64,000 nucleotides of DNA from Epiperipatus broadwayi (Eukaryota; Animalia; Onychophora), in NCBI GenBank assembly GCA_028023455.1, contig JAQFVV010000002.1:19654001-19718000 (forward strand). Reading direction: 5' to 3'. The translations under genes were made by a program, and so were the position numbers. The first letter of the stretch is position 1; each line of letters opens with the position of its first letter. The notes under the pieces are model-generated. The model was not told the DNA's origin, did not search any database, and was given only the letters and a program-made list of their open reading frames with translations. Below, in pieces: positions 12,501 to 24,720 of the stretch.

Positions 12501-13490
12501 TTTTCTCACTGAACTGGATTTGTGCATAATGGTCTGTTATATAAAAGGCATTTAGGTTTAGTGTTACGGATATCCAGTTGATAATAATTTCATTTTTTTT
12601 ACTTTTCTAATCCTGATTGGCACAAAGGGATATCCTTTAAAGTCCATGCACTACATTTTATTATATTATTTCTTTAGACATTTATTTTATAATTGACCAG
12701 TACATTAATGGTAGTAAGTGGCTAGAGTATTGATAATGATCAGGATGTTTTGAATATCTCAGCATTATTTGACTTATTATTGTATTTTGATAAAGTAGCA
12801 CCTAAGTATGTGCATCCAGATAATTATTGTTTGTATTCCTGCCCTAGGTTTGGCAATGTCTAAATAATTATCCTAGTCTATAATGGACCACTTTCAAATA
12901 CTGTACAAGATTGACTGTTGATTTATTTTTATTGATGATCATTCATGATGATGATGAATGATTATTACTTTTGTGTAATGCTGGTGAACTTAGTTTTATT
13001 GTTTTTGCTGATTTCTTATGATCTCTCTCTATCATTCATTATATTCATATTCTTTATATTATTGTATATTTAAATTTGATTCATTAACTGGGAATGATGA
13101 TGATGATTTTTCCATCACTCCAGGTTCACCCCCAGACATGTGTAACTCCTACATTTCTTTACAATTCTGAAATTTTGAGGTTATAAATGAATTATCAGCA
13201 TTTGGTATTTTATCTTGCCAATTTGTCCGTTATACTATCTATTTATATCGTGCTGTTTTTCTATCATTTTTTAAATCCAGATTGCAATTCTTTAATCTTC
13301 AGGATTTCAAATTTTGCAGTAAAATGCAATTCTCTTTTTTTCTAATCGTTTTTTATATATTGTCTTTTAAGTTTACCAAGTTCAACAATATTGCATTTAA
13401 CATCCAAAAGTATTTATTATGAAAATAATATAATTTTCTACTTCTTCTTTACCTATGTATTGAGTTAGGTTTTGGAAATAGGATTGTCAA

Positions 13491-13532
13491 AAGCTCTGAT
13501 GATGACTGCAGGACAGTCGAAATTGTTAGTTT
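13491..13532 (+). ncRNA. Minimal type-I hammerhead motif (family E)
   Basis: AAGCT CTGATGA T GACTG-CAGGA-CAGTC GAAA TT GTT AGTTT. Stems I and II are 5 bp each, the triplet is GUU, and AATAAA follows ~8 nt downstream. Confidence 0.7.
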
Positions 13533-14104
13533 GATATAAATAAAAGTATTGATAAAGTGTTTTAAGAAAGGTATAAATGGTATGATATGTAAAAGTATTT
13601 ATTCAAGTTATGCCATCATTGTTCATTTGAAAATGGCTTACTGTTGTAGATGGCTAAATTTAAGCCCAAAACCCAGTGATTTTTAGGAACTGCCTTTTAT
13701 CATCAAGTGGATGATGTGTGACAATCTTGATTTTTTTTTGTAAACTGTCATAAACAAAAAAAAGATGCTTTTATTCACTTTTGAAGAAAATCCTGTCAAT
13801 ATATCAAGGTTTCCAGGAAGAAAGCTAGGCTGTCTTGTGTATGTTGGTGAGCAAACCATTCCCCTTCATTAATCATTTATCTGGCAATTGTAAGTGTAAC
13901 AATAGAACATAAGTAATGGTCATGAGGAATTTGATTTTTTGATATCTTTAAGACCTCTGAGGAAATCAACCTTTTTTTTTCACTTAATAACAATCTCTAT
14001 TTGCATTAACAATAAACATATCTGTGTGAACTAGTATGCATATAAAAATATAAATGTTATATTTTAAAAATAATTTTCATACATTTGTATCATTTACGTT
14101 TTGA

Positions 14105-14345
14105 ATTTTCATTATGTAATTAAAATATGAAGTTCTGTAGTAAATGCAATGTTTAAAATATTTTATTTCTTTGTCTTTGTTTTATCTAAAAGCAAATAAA
14201 ACAAAGGTTTTAGCTTTCATTTTCAGACCGTATAAATTTATTATGTGGATTAAATGCTTTCAACAAAATTGTTTAAATTTATGTTTGTGTTGCTTTAAAT
14301 GCTTTTAATATATTAAACTACTTGTAACTTTTGAAAGCCATTATA
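14105..14345 (+). repeat. Dispersed repeat; inverted copy at ~19700-19935
   Basis: ...AATAAAACAAAGGTTTTAGCTTTCATTTTCAGA...TATGTGGATTAAATGCTTTCAACAA... matches the reverse complement of 19700-19935. Confidence 0.7.
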
Positions 14346-15962
14346 GGAAATTTAAAACATGTCAAAAATATTCACTTTCTATTAACTTGAAAGAAAGAAA
14401 ATATTGAAATGTAGATAAAAGATTGTTTAAATGGACTTACTGCAGTTCTTGCCCAGAACTATCAAACATTAAAAATAATGCACTATTTATTACATATTAG
14501 TATAGTTAACTGCTATTTGATGAGATATTAGGAGTTTCCAATTAATTAACCATTTTCAGGTCAATAATTAGAAGGTTGCCTGTGCTGGTTATCAGAAGAA
14601 AAAAAGTTTAAATGTAGAAAGAAAAAAATTTCAAAGTTTTTCCTGGTCAACTTTTAAGTTCAAGCACATTAGTATGTGCCAAGTACAACTCTTCCAGTAA
14701 CAATCAAGATATTTTATTATTTTCTAAGCAAACTTATTTGGATTGATATAATAACTTCACAATCAATTTTTTTTAATCTTCTAACTTTTTGCACATTTAT
14801 CCTTTATGGTTCGATATATCTGAGTTCACTTATATCTTGTACCAAGCTAAGCTGTGCTAATTGACCATTTTGTGTGTTAATCTTATTGTGTGGATTATCT
14901 GTTTCATTAACATGGATTTGTTTTATATCAGTTAAATAAATTCTGAAAGTCCATTCATATGTGGAGAGTTATTTCAAAATTGTCTTTAGTTTTATATTGT
15001 CTCTCATAGACAAAATATTTTTCTAGAATTATAAGCATTTCAGATTTCCACTGAGAAGTGTTTCAAATATTCTTATTATTTGTCCTCACCAGCAATTAAT
15101 TATAGGAGACTGTTAATGAATTTTAGATTATGGGATGAAAGACATATTGAAGATTCTGTTATCTCATCCTTCAGCAATAAGTCAAAGAATGTCATTCAAG
15201 TTAAATTTTTTAAACATTTGTAGAGAAGAGTCAGCATTCACCATATTTTAACAAACATTTCATGAAAATAAGGCAAACTTAGTTTTTAATGAGAACTGTA
15301 ATACTATAAAAATGTTACTCTTACGTATAAGTTCATTTTTGGTATGAGATGAATAGTTATCCAAAAGGAAAAGATTTTGCCATCTTTCAGTAGTTTTGTA
15401 TATGTGCTTTGACTTAAGGAATAGAAAACCTTTGAAACCTATCTAACTTGAGCATGTTAAATAGTAACCTTCTTTTGATTTTTAAATTCTATTGGATCAT
15501 CTTCAGCATCTAATATTGTAGACACGCATCTCTACCATAATAATGTTTCATCAGCATCTTACACTTGTTCTGGACATAGACTTTCATTTAGTATTACTTG
15601 AATAAATTTATTCACACATTTAAATGCTCTTTCTTAATCAGCTAATCTTTATTGTTTACTTGTATCATGAATAGAAATTCTGATATTTGAACCTGTAATA
15701 CCATTTTTCACCATATTCTCATGTCATTTATGTTTATCTGAAAGGTTGTAAATATGGCATTTTACTTAAAATTATATGTTGAACTATTTCCATTATCTAA
15801 ACTTAATTGTTAAATCTCTTTAGAAATATTCAAACATTATTTAAACTTTTCAAATACATTCAGCTGTTAGTCATAGTGCACAAGTTATTATATAACATAA
15901 TGTTTCAAGTGGTATTATTCTCCTCTCTTCTCTGATGCTGCTGTATTGATCAATGACAGTAC

Positions 15963-16060
15963 TAGCAAGGGATCAAACCTGAATGGGCTAGTTGGGTAGG
16001 GCATTGTCTCAAAATTTAGTATTCACCAATCTAAAGGTCCCAGATTTGATTTCCTTGCTA
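15963..16060. repeat. Degenerate tRNA-like segment with inverted B-box-like ends
   Basis: TAGCAAGGGATCAAACCTG pairs with CAGATTTGATTTCCTTGCTA. The interior GCTAGTTGGGTAGGGCATT resembles an A-box/D-arm. Confidence 0.4.
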
Positions 16061-16075
16061 TTATTGTTACTGGTC

Positions 16076-16230
16076 AACATTTGAAGAAGAGGGTGGAAGT
16101 AATACCACTCAAAATGTTGTGTTACGTACTAGTCTATGTGCTATTATTAATAGGTTAATGTATTTGAAAAGTTTAAATAAAAGTTGAATTTTTATTAATA
16201 TTAAATGATGGAAATAATCCAACATATAAT
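16076..16230 (+). repeat. Family-F pLTR-like repeat with decayed hammerhead motif (16076-16123)
   Basis: AACAT TTGAAGA A GAG(GG)TGG-AAGTAATA-CCACTC AAAA T GTT GTGTT, then AATAAA. Related segments occur at 7055-7205, 24009-24100 and 36190-36260. Confidence 0.55.
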
Positions 16231-17029
16231 TATATGTTATTTAAGTCCTTTATGAAATAAAACTTGAGCTATCTAATAATAATATTACCTGACATATCTA
16301 GTCCATCACTATACCACTTCTGGGAGCATTTGAACATTAATTGATTGAGTTTTGTGCTTTTACCATCACTTACGTTTTTTAATCATTCGATTTGATGACA
16401 GAATTTTGAAGTCAAATTATAGCAACAATTGATTATGAACTGTATGTTAGAACAAATTCAAAGAAGTGTTAATCAGAAGTTGCAAATGTGTTGAGTAACT
16501 TATGGCAGAAAATATGAAAATGAAAGTTGTGAACTTTTACTGCATTGCTAAAATGCAGATTACTTGTTTCATATATAGACTGTAATAATGTTTGGTTGTT
16601 TAAAACTAGTACTATGCCTGTTATTAGTTTTGAAAATGAACTTGTAGCATAGAATTACAAATTGTTTGCTTTTGGATATCATACACAGTTGTAATTAACA
16701 TATTTTATTTACACAATGTAGTAATAAATTAAAGGTGTGTGTTTCTGATTCTGTAGTATTTTTGTCCACATGGTTTTGCTTTTTCATGAAAATTGACATG
16801 ACTTTAATCAGACATTTGGAGCCTTCTCATAATTCTTTTTCTCATTACCAGTTGTTTTGAACATGAAATTTAACGAGCATTGCAAATGAACACATATATT
16901 ATTTATGCAGCATATGGATGAATTAAATTTAATCATAAAGGAGTGTGTTTGATGCTATAATGTTGTGGTCCCATGTTTTTGTTTCTTTATGATGACTATT
17001 GTAATAGTGAAAGCATATAAGACTTCATG

Positions 17030-17560
17030 GATCATCATCATCATTATCAACCATTATCAATACACTGCAGGATGAAGGTCTCTCCAAGTTTAATCCATCT
17101 TCTCCGATCTTCAGCTTCTCTTCTCCACATCACCCCTGCACACTTTCTTATTTCATCCATCTCACATGTGGTCTCTTTCTGGGTCTTTTACAATTGTCCA
17201 TCTATTATCATCTCTTCTATCAATATGTCCAGCCCAACTCCACTTGTCTTTTAATTTTTTTCAATGAGGTCAGTAACACCTGTTTGTTCTCTTACCCATA
17301 CATTGCGTTTTCGATCTCTTCATGTCACTCCCAACATACATCTCTCCATACTTCTTTGAGTGGTATGAAGTCTCTGAATTGCTCTTCTATTAAGTGTCCA
17401 AGTCTCAGATCCATAAGTAAGAACTGGTAAAACACATTTGTTAAAAACCTTCCTTTTCAAACACATAGGCATATTTCCCCATAGTATCAAGTTATTTCTA
17501 CCAAAAGCACTCCAACCAAGTTTAATTCTATGATTAATTTCTTCCATTATGTTTCCATCT
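17030..17560 (-). mobile_element. RTE LINE 3' fragment
   Basis: ORF MEEINHRIKLGWSAFGR...LKRKVFNKCVLPVLTYGSETWTL...TQRSMERCMLG, with a (GAT)n tail. Confidence 0.9.
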
Positions 17561-17778
17561 GTATATAAGAAATTATACTATAATTTTTTTTTTGTTTTAG
17601 CAAAGAATTGCAGCTTACTTAGTTTTGTATGTTTATATAAAATCGAGCCAATTAAGAATCAATATGCATTATAAGTATTCACATAGTATGTGAATAAAAC
17701 CATTTTGACATGTTTCAATTTTTTTATTGATGAATGCACTACATGGATTACATTGTAATCTTTATATACATTTTTATG

Positions 17779-17880
17779 ATTTCTCATGTGTCATAGCATC
17801 AGCCAGGAAGCGAACCCACTAACCCGGGACAACTGCTTGTAAAGCAGCTGGCGCTGACCTCTCGACCACCAATTCTTAAC
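17779..17880 (-). mobile_element. tRNA-derived SINE (family D)
   Basis: Nearly identical to 2757-2860 (TGGTGGTCGAGAGGTCAGC...GTGGGTTCGCTTCCTGGCTGATGCTATGACACATGAG). Confidence 0.85.
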
Positions 17881-18670
17881 TATATTTTGGCTAATCTAAA
17901 AATATATCGAAAATAGAGATTTTTTTTATTTCTGGACTTAAGAATAACAATAGTTTATCCTGTATATGTAGATGACTGTTAATGTGGGATCCTTTAAGAT
18001 TAGAACAAATCACTCAATAATAAACAGCAACAATTAAAAAAGTTTAAAAAGTATTATTTTATGGAGTATTTTATTAACTGAGCATTCATTAAGGAATATT
18101 ACTTAAAAAGGTAATGAAAAAGTAAATTTAATTTTATTGCTTAGATTTGCTTTATTATTTTTATAAATATATCATATATAGCTAATATACCAGTATGTAT
18201 AAGTCTCACAACTTACAAATGGGAAAAAAATATTAATTAATAAAAGTGAAATTTATTTCTTAATATAAGTATGACGAATGTAGAGAATTATATAATAATA
18301 TTAAATAGAAATCAATAGTAATTTATTAATGAATGTTGTTCATATTATTAATTTCTTCTCAGTGATAAATGTTTATCTGTTTAATGCTTTGATTTCATCA
18401 CTCAATAATTCAGATAATTTATTAATAGTTATTTTTCTTTTTTTATATCATAATCAATTGCAAACTAATCCTGAATAATGCATATAATTTATTGATGGAA
18501 ACACCTTGACTAGATATTTATAACAATTCTTTTTTTTTTCATAAGTTGACATCATTATTCATTCTCACACCTGCATTATAATATATAGTTTTTATAATTA
18601 AAGTAAAAGACAATCTCGCACTTCTGAACTTAGATTTTATGCATTGTTGAACTTATAAATTTATTTTAAA

Positions 18671-18850
18671 CGCACATTATTATATTAAGTAATATTTACT
18701 AAGGCTGTAACCTCAGGAATATGCATCTGGAAAATGCGAAGGTAGGGACCTGTACAGGTCTTAACCACAAGCTTACGCATAAGCTTGTGGTTAAGACCTG
18801 TAGAGGTCCTTACCTTCGCATTTTTCAGACACATATTGTTGAACTGTAGC
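18671..18850. repeat. Family-I foldback (near-perfect ~100-bp hairpin, 18727-18828); a second single-arm copy lies at 21845-21957
   Basis: CTGGAAAATGCGAAGGTAGGGACCTGTACAGGTCTTAACCACAAGCTTA pairs with TAAGCTTGTGGTTAAGACCTGTAGAGGTCCTTACCTTCGCATTTTTCAG. Confidence 0.8.
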
Positions 18851-18884
18851 AACAAATAAATATTTAAATCACTAAACATCACAT

Positions 18885-18990
18885 ATTAGATGAGTAGGCA
18901 CTAGATAGGGATTTTATGCACAACCCTTCTGGCATCCATTGATTACTCTGATTGGCACAGGGTGGCACTACTGTGCAAAGAGTTTTGCCT
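18885..18990 (+). repeat. Family-C distal arm fragment (no HHR)
   Basis: ATTAGATGAGTAGGCACTAGATAGGGATTTTATGC...CTTCTGGCATCCATTGATTACTC...GAGTTTTGCC. Confidence 0.8.
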
Positions 18991-19054
18991 TATTAAATAA
19001 ATATTTAAATAGTTTATTGCTTGGGAATTCATAAGAAGCATAAGCCCTGTAAAT

Positions 19055-19345
19055 GACAGAACTGAGGCCCTGATTTTTGGACCTTGAGCTGCAGGGTCTG
19101 TCACTTTGCCACTGCACTAAAGCATGCAGCTTGAGAGTTTATAAAAAGTTTGAGTTCTAGAACTGACCAAATTATAGGCATGATCAATGGATCTTTGGCA
19201 AAGTCTGCCACTTTACCGTTGAGCTAAACCATGCAGTTTAGGAGTTCGTAAGGAGTTCAAGTACTGGATATGATTGAGCTGGAGTTATGATCTGTGGACC
19301 TTGAGCTCCAGAGCCTGGAAACTATCACTGCAACAATCTACACAT
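19055..19345 (-). repeat. Three tandem ~105-bp degenerate tRNA-like units
   Basis: Minus strand shows TAGTGCAGTGGCAAAG..CTGCAG.TCAAGGTCC, TAGCTCAACGGTAAAG and TTGCAGTGATAG..GCTCAAGGTCC, which resemble tRNA 5' halves (Cys-like). Confidence 0.5.
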
Positions 19346-20965
19346 GATAAAATTGTAGCAGCCATCAGGAAATATGTTAATGCAGTGATATTTTTATTGT
19401 ACTACTTATGCATAGAACACAAATTAGACTCTTTGTACATACTATTGTAGCCTTATGATAATAGAAAAAATTAACCAAAAATTAAATATTCTGAATTTAA
19501 GACAGCAAATTAATTTTTTTCTCATAGGAATTTATTAAAATTGTTTATTTTTTATGTAAGATTTTTGATTTGTGAGAATTTTGGAAACCACTTGAAGTTG
19601 CCGTCATTGCAGGCTTAATGTATATATTTTTTGTTTCAAGCGAAGAGAAAATTTAAATATGAAAAGTGAATATTTAGAAACCTAATTCAAATTTCATGCA
19701 ATGGCTTTCATAAATTACAAGTAGAGTTTTTAATATTAAAAGCATTTAAAGCAACACAAACATAAATTTAAACATTCTTGTTGAAAGCATTTAATCCACA
19801 TAATCCATTTATAGAATCTGAAAACAAAAGCTAAAGAAAACCTTTGTTTTATTCACTTTTATATAAAACAAAAACAAACAAAATGTTTTAAATATTGCAC
19901 TTTTTTGCAGAAACTTTTCATATTTAATATCATAAAACTTGAAGTGAAACAAATATATTTTAATTATTTAACAATATTTTAACATTTATCTGTTTATATT
20001 CACACTTTATTTCATACAGATGTGTTTATTAATACAAAGGTAAATGGGTAAATGTTTTAAGATGTAAAAAGGAGTTTGCTAATAATGAAAAAAAAAGCTA
20101 TTTAAAATTCTTCAGAGGTTTTAAAGATATTGAGCAAAAGCAAATTTCTATTTGATGATAAGAGGTAATTTTTGTATCTAAAGATTATTTAACCTTTCGC
20201 CAACAATGTACCCTCACCATTAACAAATTTTTAGCTTATGACATAATTATTTATATATAAAGTCAATAGAAATAGTATTTAACATTATTTTTAGATTTTT
20301 TGTATGATTTCAAAAATTATTTATTAAAAACTATTATAGATCTCATTTTAATATAGTTAAAAATATTTATATTTATAATAATTTTAGAAATTAAAAAATT
20401 ACATCATTTTTTTTATAATAATATTTTGCTGCAAATCTTAGACAAGTCTAAATTAAAAAAATATTTGAGGGGTGATATCTAAGAATTAGAAATCAGTTTT
20501 AGTTATTGTGCAATAGAAAAAAGTGCTTTTTTTTTTAGAGAAAAAAAGTCCCAGCATGATTATATTATAATTTTAAGACTGTAACAAGGATTAAAAAACA
20601 TTGCCAAACCTTATCAATGTGGAAAAGGAGCCCATTCAGTAATATCTTTCTTTCATTATTCTCTTGTAAGTAGCTGTAAACAATCCTTAACTCAGCAGTG
20701 GTTATTTAAAGACTTTTAGCCCATCCTATTTATTCTCATGAACAATAGCAAAAATAAGAACTTAAATATTAGCATCTAGATTTAGTGTATGCAGATTATT
20801 ATGCTATGCTTGCTAATTCAAAGAACTGTCCCCATCACTTACTTAATATTTTAAATATACCTTATTATAAACTTTGAGTAATCAATATTCAAAACAACTA
20901 GTGTTGGATGAAAAATATTTTTCAATATCTTCTCTTCCTCTTTCCTTCTTTATTTTTGCTTATAA

Positions 20966-21293
20966 CATATAATAACCACATTCCACTTTTTTTACACTTT
21001 GAAGCAAAATATATTTATTAATATTACAGTTTCAACTGTTCCTAGCAGTCTTCATCAGATCTTATTATCTACTAAACTTTTTTTACTCCACCATTTTCTA
21101 TTATGGGATAGAAAATGAAAATGGTGGAGTAAAGAAAGTTTAATAGATAATAAGATCTGACAAAGACTGCTAGGAACAGTCGAAATTGTAATAATAAGAT
21201 CTGATGAAGACTGCTAGGAACAGTCGAAACTGTAATATAAATAAATATATTTTGCTTCAAAGTGTAAAAAGAGTGGAATGTGGTTATTATATG
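20966..21293. mobile_element. Family-E foldback with three hammerhead motifs (one minus, two tandem plus)
   Basis: Inverted arms of ~130 bp. HHR motifs lie at 21021-21060 (-), 21151-21190 (+; CTGACAA) and 21195-21238 (+; CTGATGA A GACTG-CTAGGAA-CAGTC GAAA C T GTA). The tandem unit is 44 bp. Confidence 0.85.
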
Positions 21294-24008
21294 AAAAATA
21301 TTTGATAACTTTTAGCATGGATAAACGTGGATGTTGAGTTGCATCACCATTAATTCATCTAGCTAGTTAAAAAAAAGGACATTTCATCGTAGTGAAATAA
21401 CTACTTCAATTAAATACACAACTGTTACTTTGTATGTTATTGTGTAAAAGTAAGGCATGGGATTTCTATCATTGAACATAAAGGCACTGAAATTTTTTTA
21501 TTTATAAGGTATCTTCACTCTGATATCTTTTAATTGGCTTATTCAATGTAGGCAGTACTGTTAAGATGATAATGTGAAATGATTCAGAAACCATACTAAC
21601 TACGAAAGAACATGTAAAACATCAGGATAAAATTCATTTTCAAAACAGTGTATTTCAAAATCATGAACATACACAAAAGTTAAATTTACAAAGATTTCGC
21701 TAGTAATAATGTATAATAGGAATTGTGGACTTAATCAGTGAAGTATTGAATAGATTCACGCGCTTAGATCTAACCGCTTCAGCTTCACCTATTCATATAT
21801 AAAAGTAGGTTGAAGTAAAGAAGGGTTCCCTCTTTTCTTCCAAAGTGTAAGCTTGTGGTTAAGACCTGTAGAGGTCCCTACCTTCACATTTTCAGGCGTA
21901 TATTCTTGAGGTTACAGCCTTAGTAAATATTACTTAATATTATGTATAATGTGCTCAGCGTATTATTAGTTCCATTAGAGTCAACAATATAAGGAAATGT
22001 TTGAATAAATAAACTTAGTATTTAAACCTGAAAACGAATTAAAGAAAAAGATCACTAGAGAGTATAAAGTGAAAGTATGGAAAAATTAGTTTAGTTATTC
22101 TAATAAATTGGAGTAGAAGATTTTGGCTCATCAATCAATGGTAACATTGTAAAATAGTTTTGCATATAAATACATTTCTTGCCATCTTTATTAAATATTG
22201 TTTTCTTAGATGTGTTTTTTTATTGGTGTTGCATTTAATACACAGATCAGGAATAATTGGGGGCTCTTGATCTATAGACTGAACTAGAGAAAAGGTGAGA
22301 AATCTTTAAAGATGATAGATAAATTTGTCTTTTGTTACAAATTTATTTTAAGTGCTGAAAGAGAATATATTGGTTATAGTCTCATTCATTCCACCAAGGA
22401 AATCATACATTTTTAAAAAAAAAAAAAAGGGGGGGGGGGTAAATCCTACTCAAATCATTTTTCAGATTCTATTAAAATCTGATGGCATCCAACAGAAATA
22501 TTAAGAATTGGTCAAAAGAATAATTAAAGATTATACATGCAGCAATTCTCTTTTCCTGCATTTCAGATAGTGGTCATACTTGAAAGCCTTTCAGTTCTGA
22601 CTATTACAGTATAAAGTGAACAAATTAAGTTTAAAAATATGCATTATTACAAAAAACTAATTTTAGATACAAACTAATTTCCCTTTTTTATTTATGAAAG
22701 ATGATCAAATGTTGGAATGGGGTGACACTTCTGAATTTTTTGCTGTATTAGAACCTTATTTGCAAACTGCAGGTGTATTCTTAAAGTTTATATAGCATTG
22801 ACTGAATGTTATAGTGAAAGAAAATTAAGATCTTTTATACTATTTAGCTATTGAAAGTTTAAAAAAAACACAAAGATTGTCAATTGAAGCCATCTTGTTC
22901 ATATAGTTATATAGGTAGGCTAAAATGATATTTAAAACAACAAAATACCACAGGATTTCTGTTTGCAGTTTACATTTATTGTGGTTAAAATAGAAGTATT
23001 ATAAAGAACTCATTGGTGGAACTCATTGGCTAATCAAACTACAGAAGATAGTTTGGTAATAGAATAAAGAAAACTTTTTATATAAACATATGTTAGATGC
23101 AAAGAGAAAAAAATCATATGGTGTTTGGTTAGAAAATATCACCCTAGCTAAAGATGAAAAGTGTTTGCAATTAACACAAAATTAAGAATGTTAAAAAATA
23201 TAGTAACTGCCATAATATCAGTCTAAATAAAGTATTCAAGAAAATTGGATTGGATTCAAAATATTTAAATGTTTTTGATTAAGTTAAAATATTCTTTTTG
23301 ATAAAGGTCATTAACCAGAAACTAATCTGTGCATGTAGACATAATAGCATACTCAAACGTACAATAAATGCCTTTAAAATAAAGTGAAGATAACTTCTTC
23401 TAAAAAACATATGTTAGATGTAAGCAGGCCCATATGATGTTTTCTCACTGCTTCTTATAGTTACTTAGAATGCTGGATCAAATAATAATTGGAAAACCAA
23501 AAGAATTTTAGGTAATCCATTTTATCTGCTTACAAAATTAATGTCTAAAAACGTAAAAATTAACTCACATGCATATATATTTATTTATAATTAATTATAT
23601 TTTGAACTGTTTACATCATTTACTATTGTTAAATATTTTTTTAAAAAAATTCAAACTTTATTTAACTTTTTTTCAAATTCAACTGTTAGTAATAGCTCAC
23701 AGGTTAGGTATGTCGAATAATATTTTTAAGTGGTATTATTCTCTTGGTTTTTTTCGGAGTTGCTGTACTAGCATAGTAATTAAACCAGGAACTATTAGAT
23801 TTGTGAATACTGAATTTAAAGTCAAGCTCTAACCAATTAGAACATTTTGTCAAAGGAAGTAGTCGGTAGAAATTTCTCAATGTGTTTTTCAAAGATGATG
23901 TATCATTCTAAGTTTGACTTATGGGGTTGTTTGCTATTATCATGTAAGCAGTTTCTTTAAATATTCTTATATTTCTCTATTCATTAAGTACTATCAATGA
24001 GAAGGCAA

Positions 24009-24100
24009 GTAACATCTGCAAAGAAAGAACAATGCCACTCAAAATGTTGTGGTACATAGTAGTCTTTATGCTATTATTAACTGTTGAATGTATTTGAAAG
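24009..24100 (+). repeat. Family-F copy with decayed hammerhead, truncated by an RTE insertion
   Basis: GTAACAT CTG...CCACTC AAAA T GTT GTGGTAC. The flanks pair at 6 of 7 positions as stem I. Confidence 0.5.
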
Positions 24101-24104
24101 ATAT

Positions 24105-24720
24105 CATCATCATCATCAACCACTATCAATCCACTGCAGGATGAAGGTCTCTCCAAGTTCAATCCATCTTCTCTGATCTTTAGCTTCTCTTCTCCACATT
24201 CACCCCTGCACACTTTCTTATTTCATCCATCCATCTCACATGTGGTATCTTTCTAGGTCGTTTACAGTTTCTTGAAATCCAGTTTAAGATTTCAATTGTC
24301 CATCTATTATCATGTCTTCTAGCAATATGTCCAGCTCAACTTCACTTCAGTCTTTTAATTTTTTCAATGAGGTCAGTAACACCTGTTTGTTCTCTTACCC
24401 ATATATTGTGTTTTTAATCTCTTCTTGTTATTCCCAACATGCATCTCTCCATACTTCATTGAGTGGTCTGAAGTCTTTGTATTGCTCTTCTATTAAGTGT
24501 CCAAGTCCCAGATCCATAAGTAAGAACTGGTAAAACACATTTATCAAAAACCTTCCTTTTCAAACACATAGACATATTTTCTTTTAGTATCAAGTTATTT
24601 CTACCAAAAGCACTCCAACCAAGTTTAATTCTATAATTAATTTCATCCATTATGTTTATATCTGTATTAATAATCTGACCAAGGTATTTGTAACTGTTAA
24701 CTTCTTGAAAGATATACATA
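24105..24720 (-). mobile_element. RTE LINE 3' fragment
   Basis: ORF EVNSYKYLGQII...EINYRIKLGWSAFGR...KVFDKCVLPVLTYGS, with a (GAT)n tail. Confidence 0.9.

Noticed and set aside
13787-13846. Possible host exon (AG...GTGAGC; ENPVNISRFPGRKLGCLVYVG)
   Set aside because: The splice signals are only moderate, and there are no partner exons or homology support.
18727-18760. CTGGAAAATGCGAAGGTAGG as a hammerhead in family I
   Set aside because: G8 and A15.1 are absent, and there is no stem I complementarity.
21146-21238. Short tandem repeats as a CRISPR-like array
   Set aside because: There are only two 44-bp units with no unique spacers, in a eukaryotic context; they are explained as an HHR duplication.
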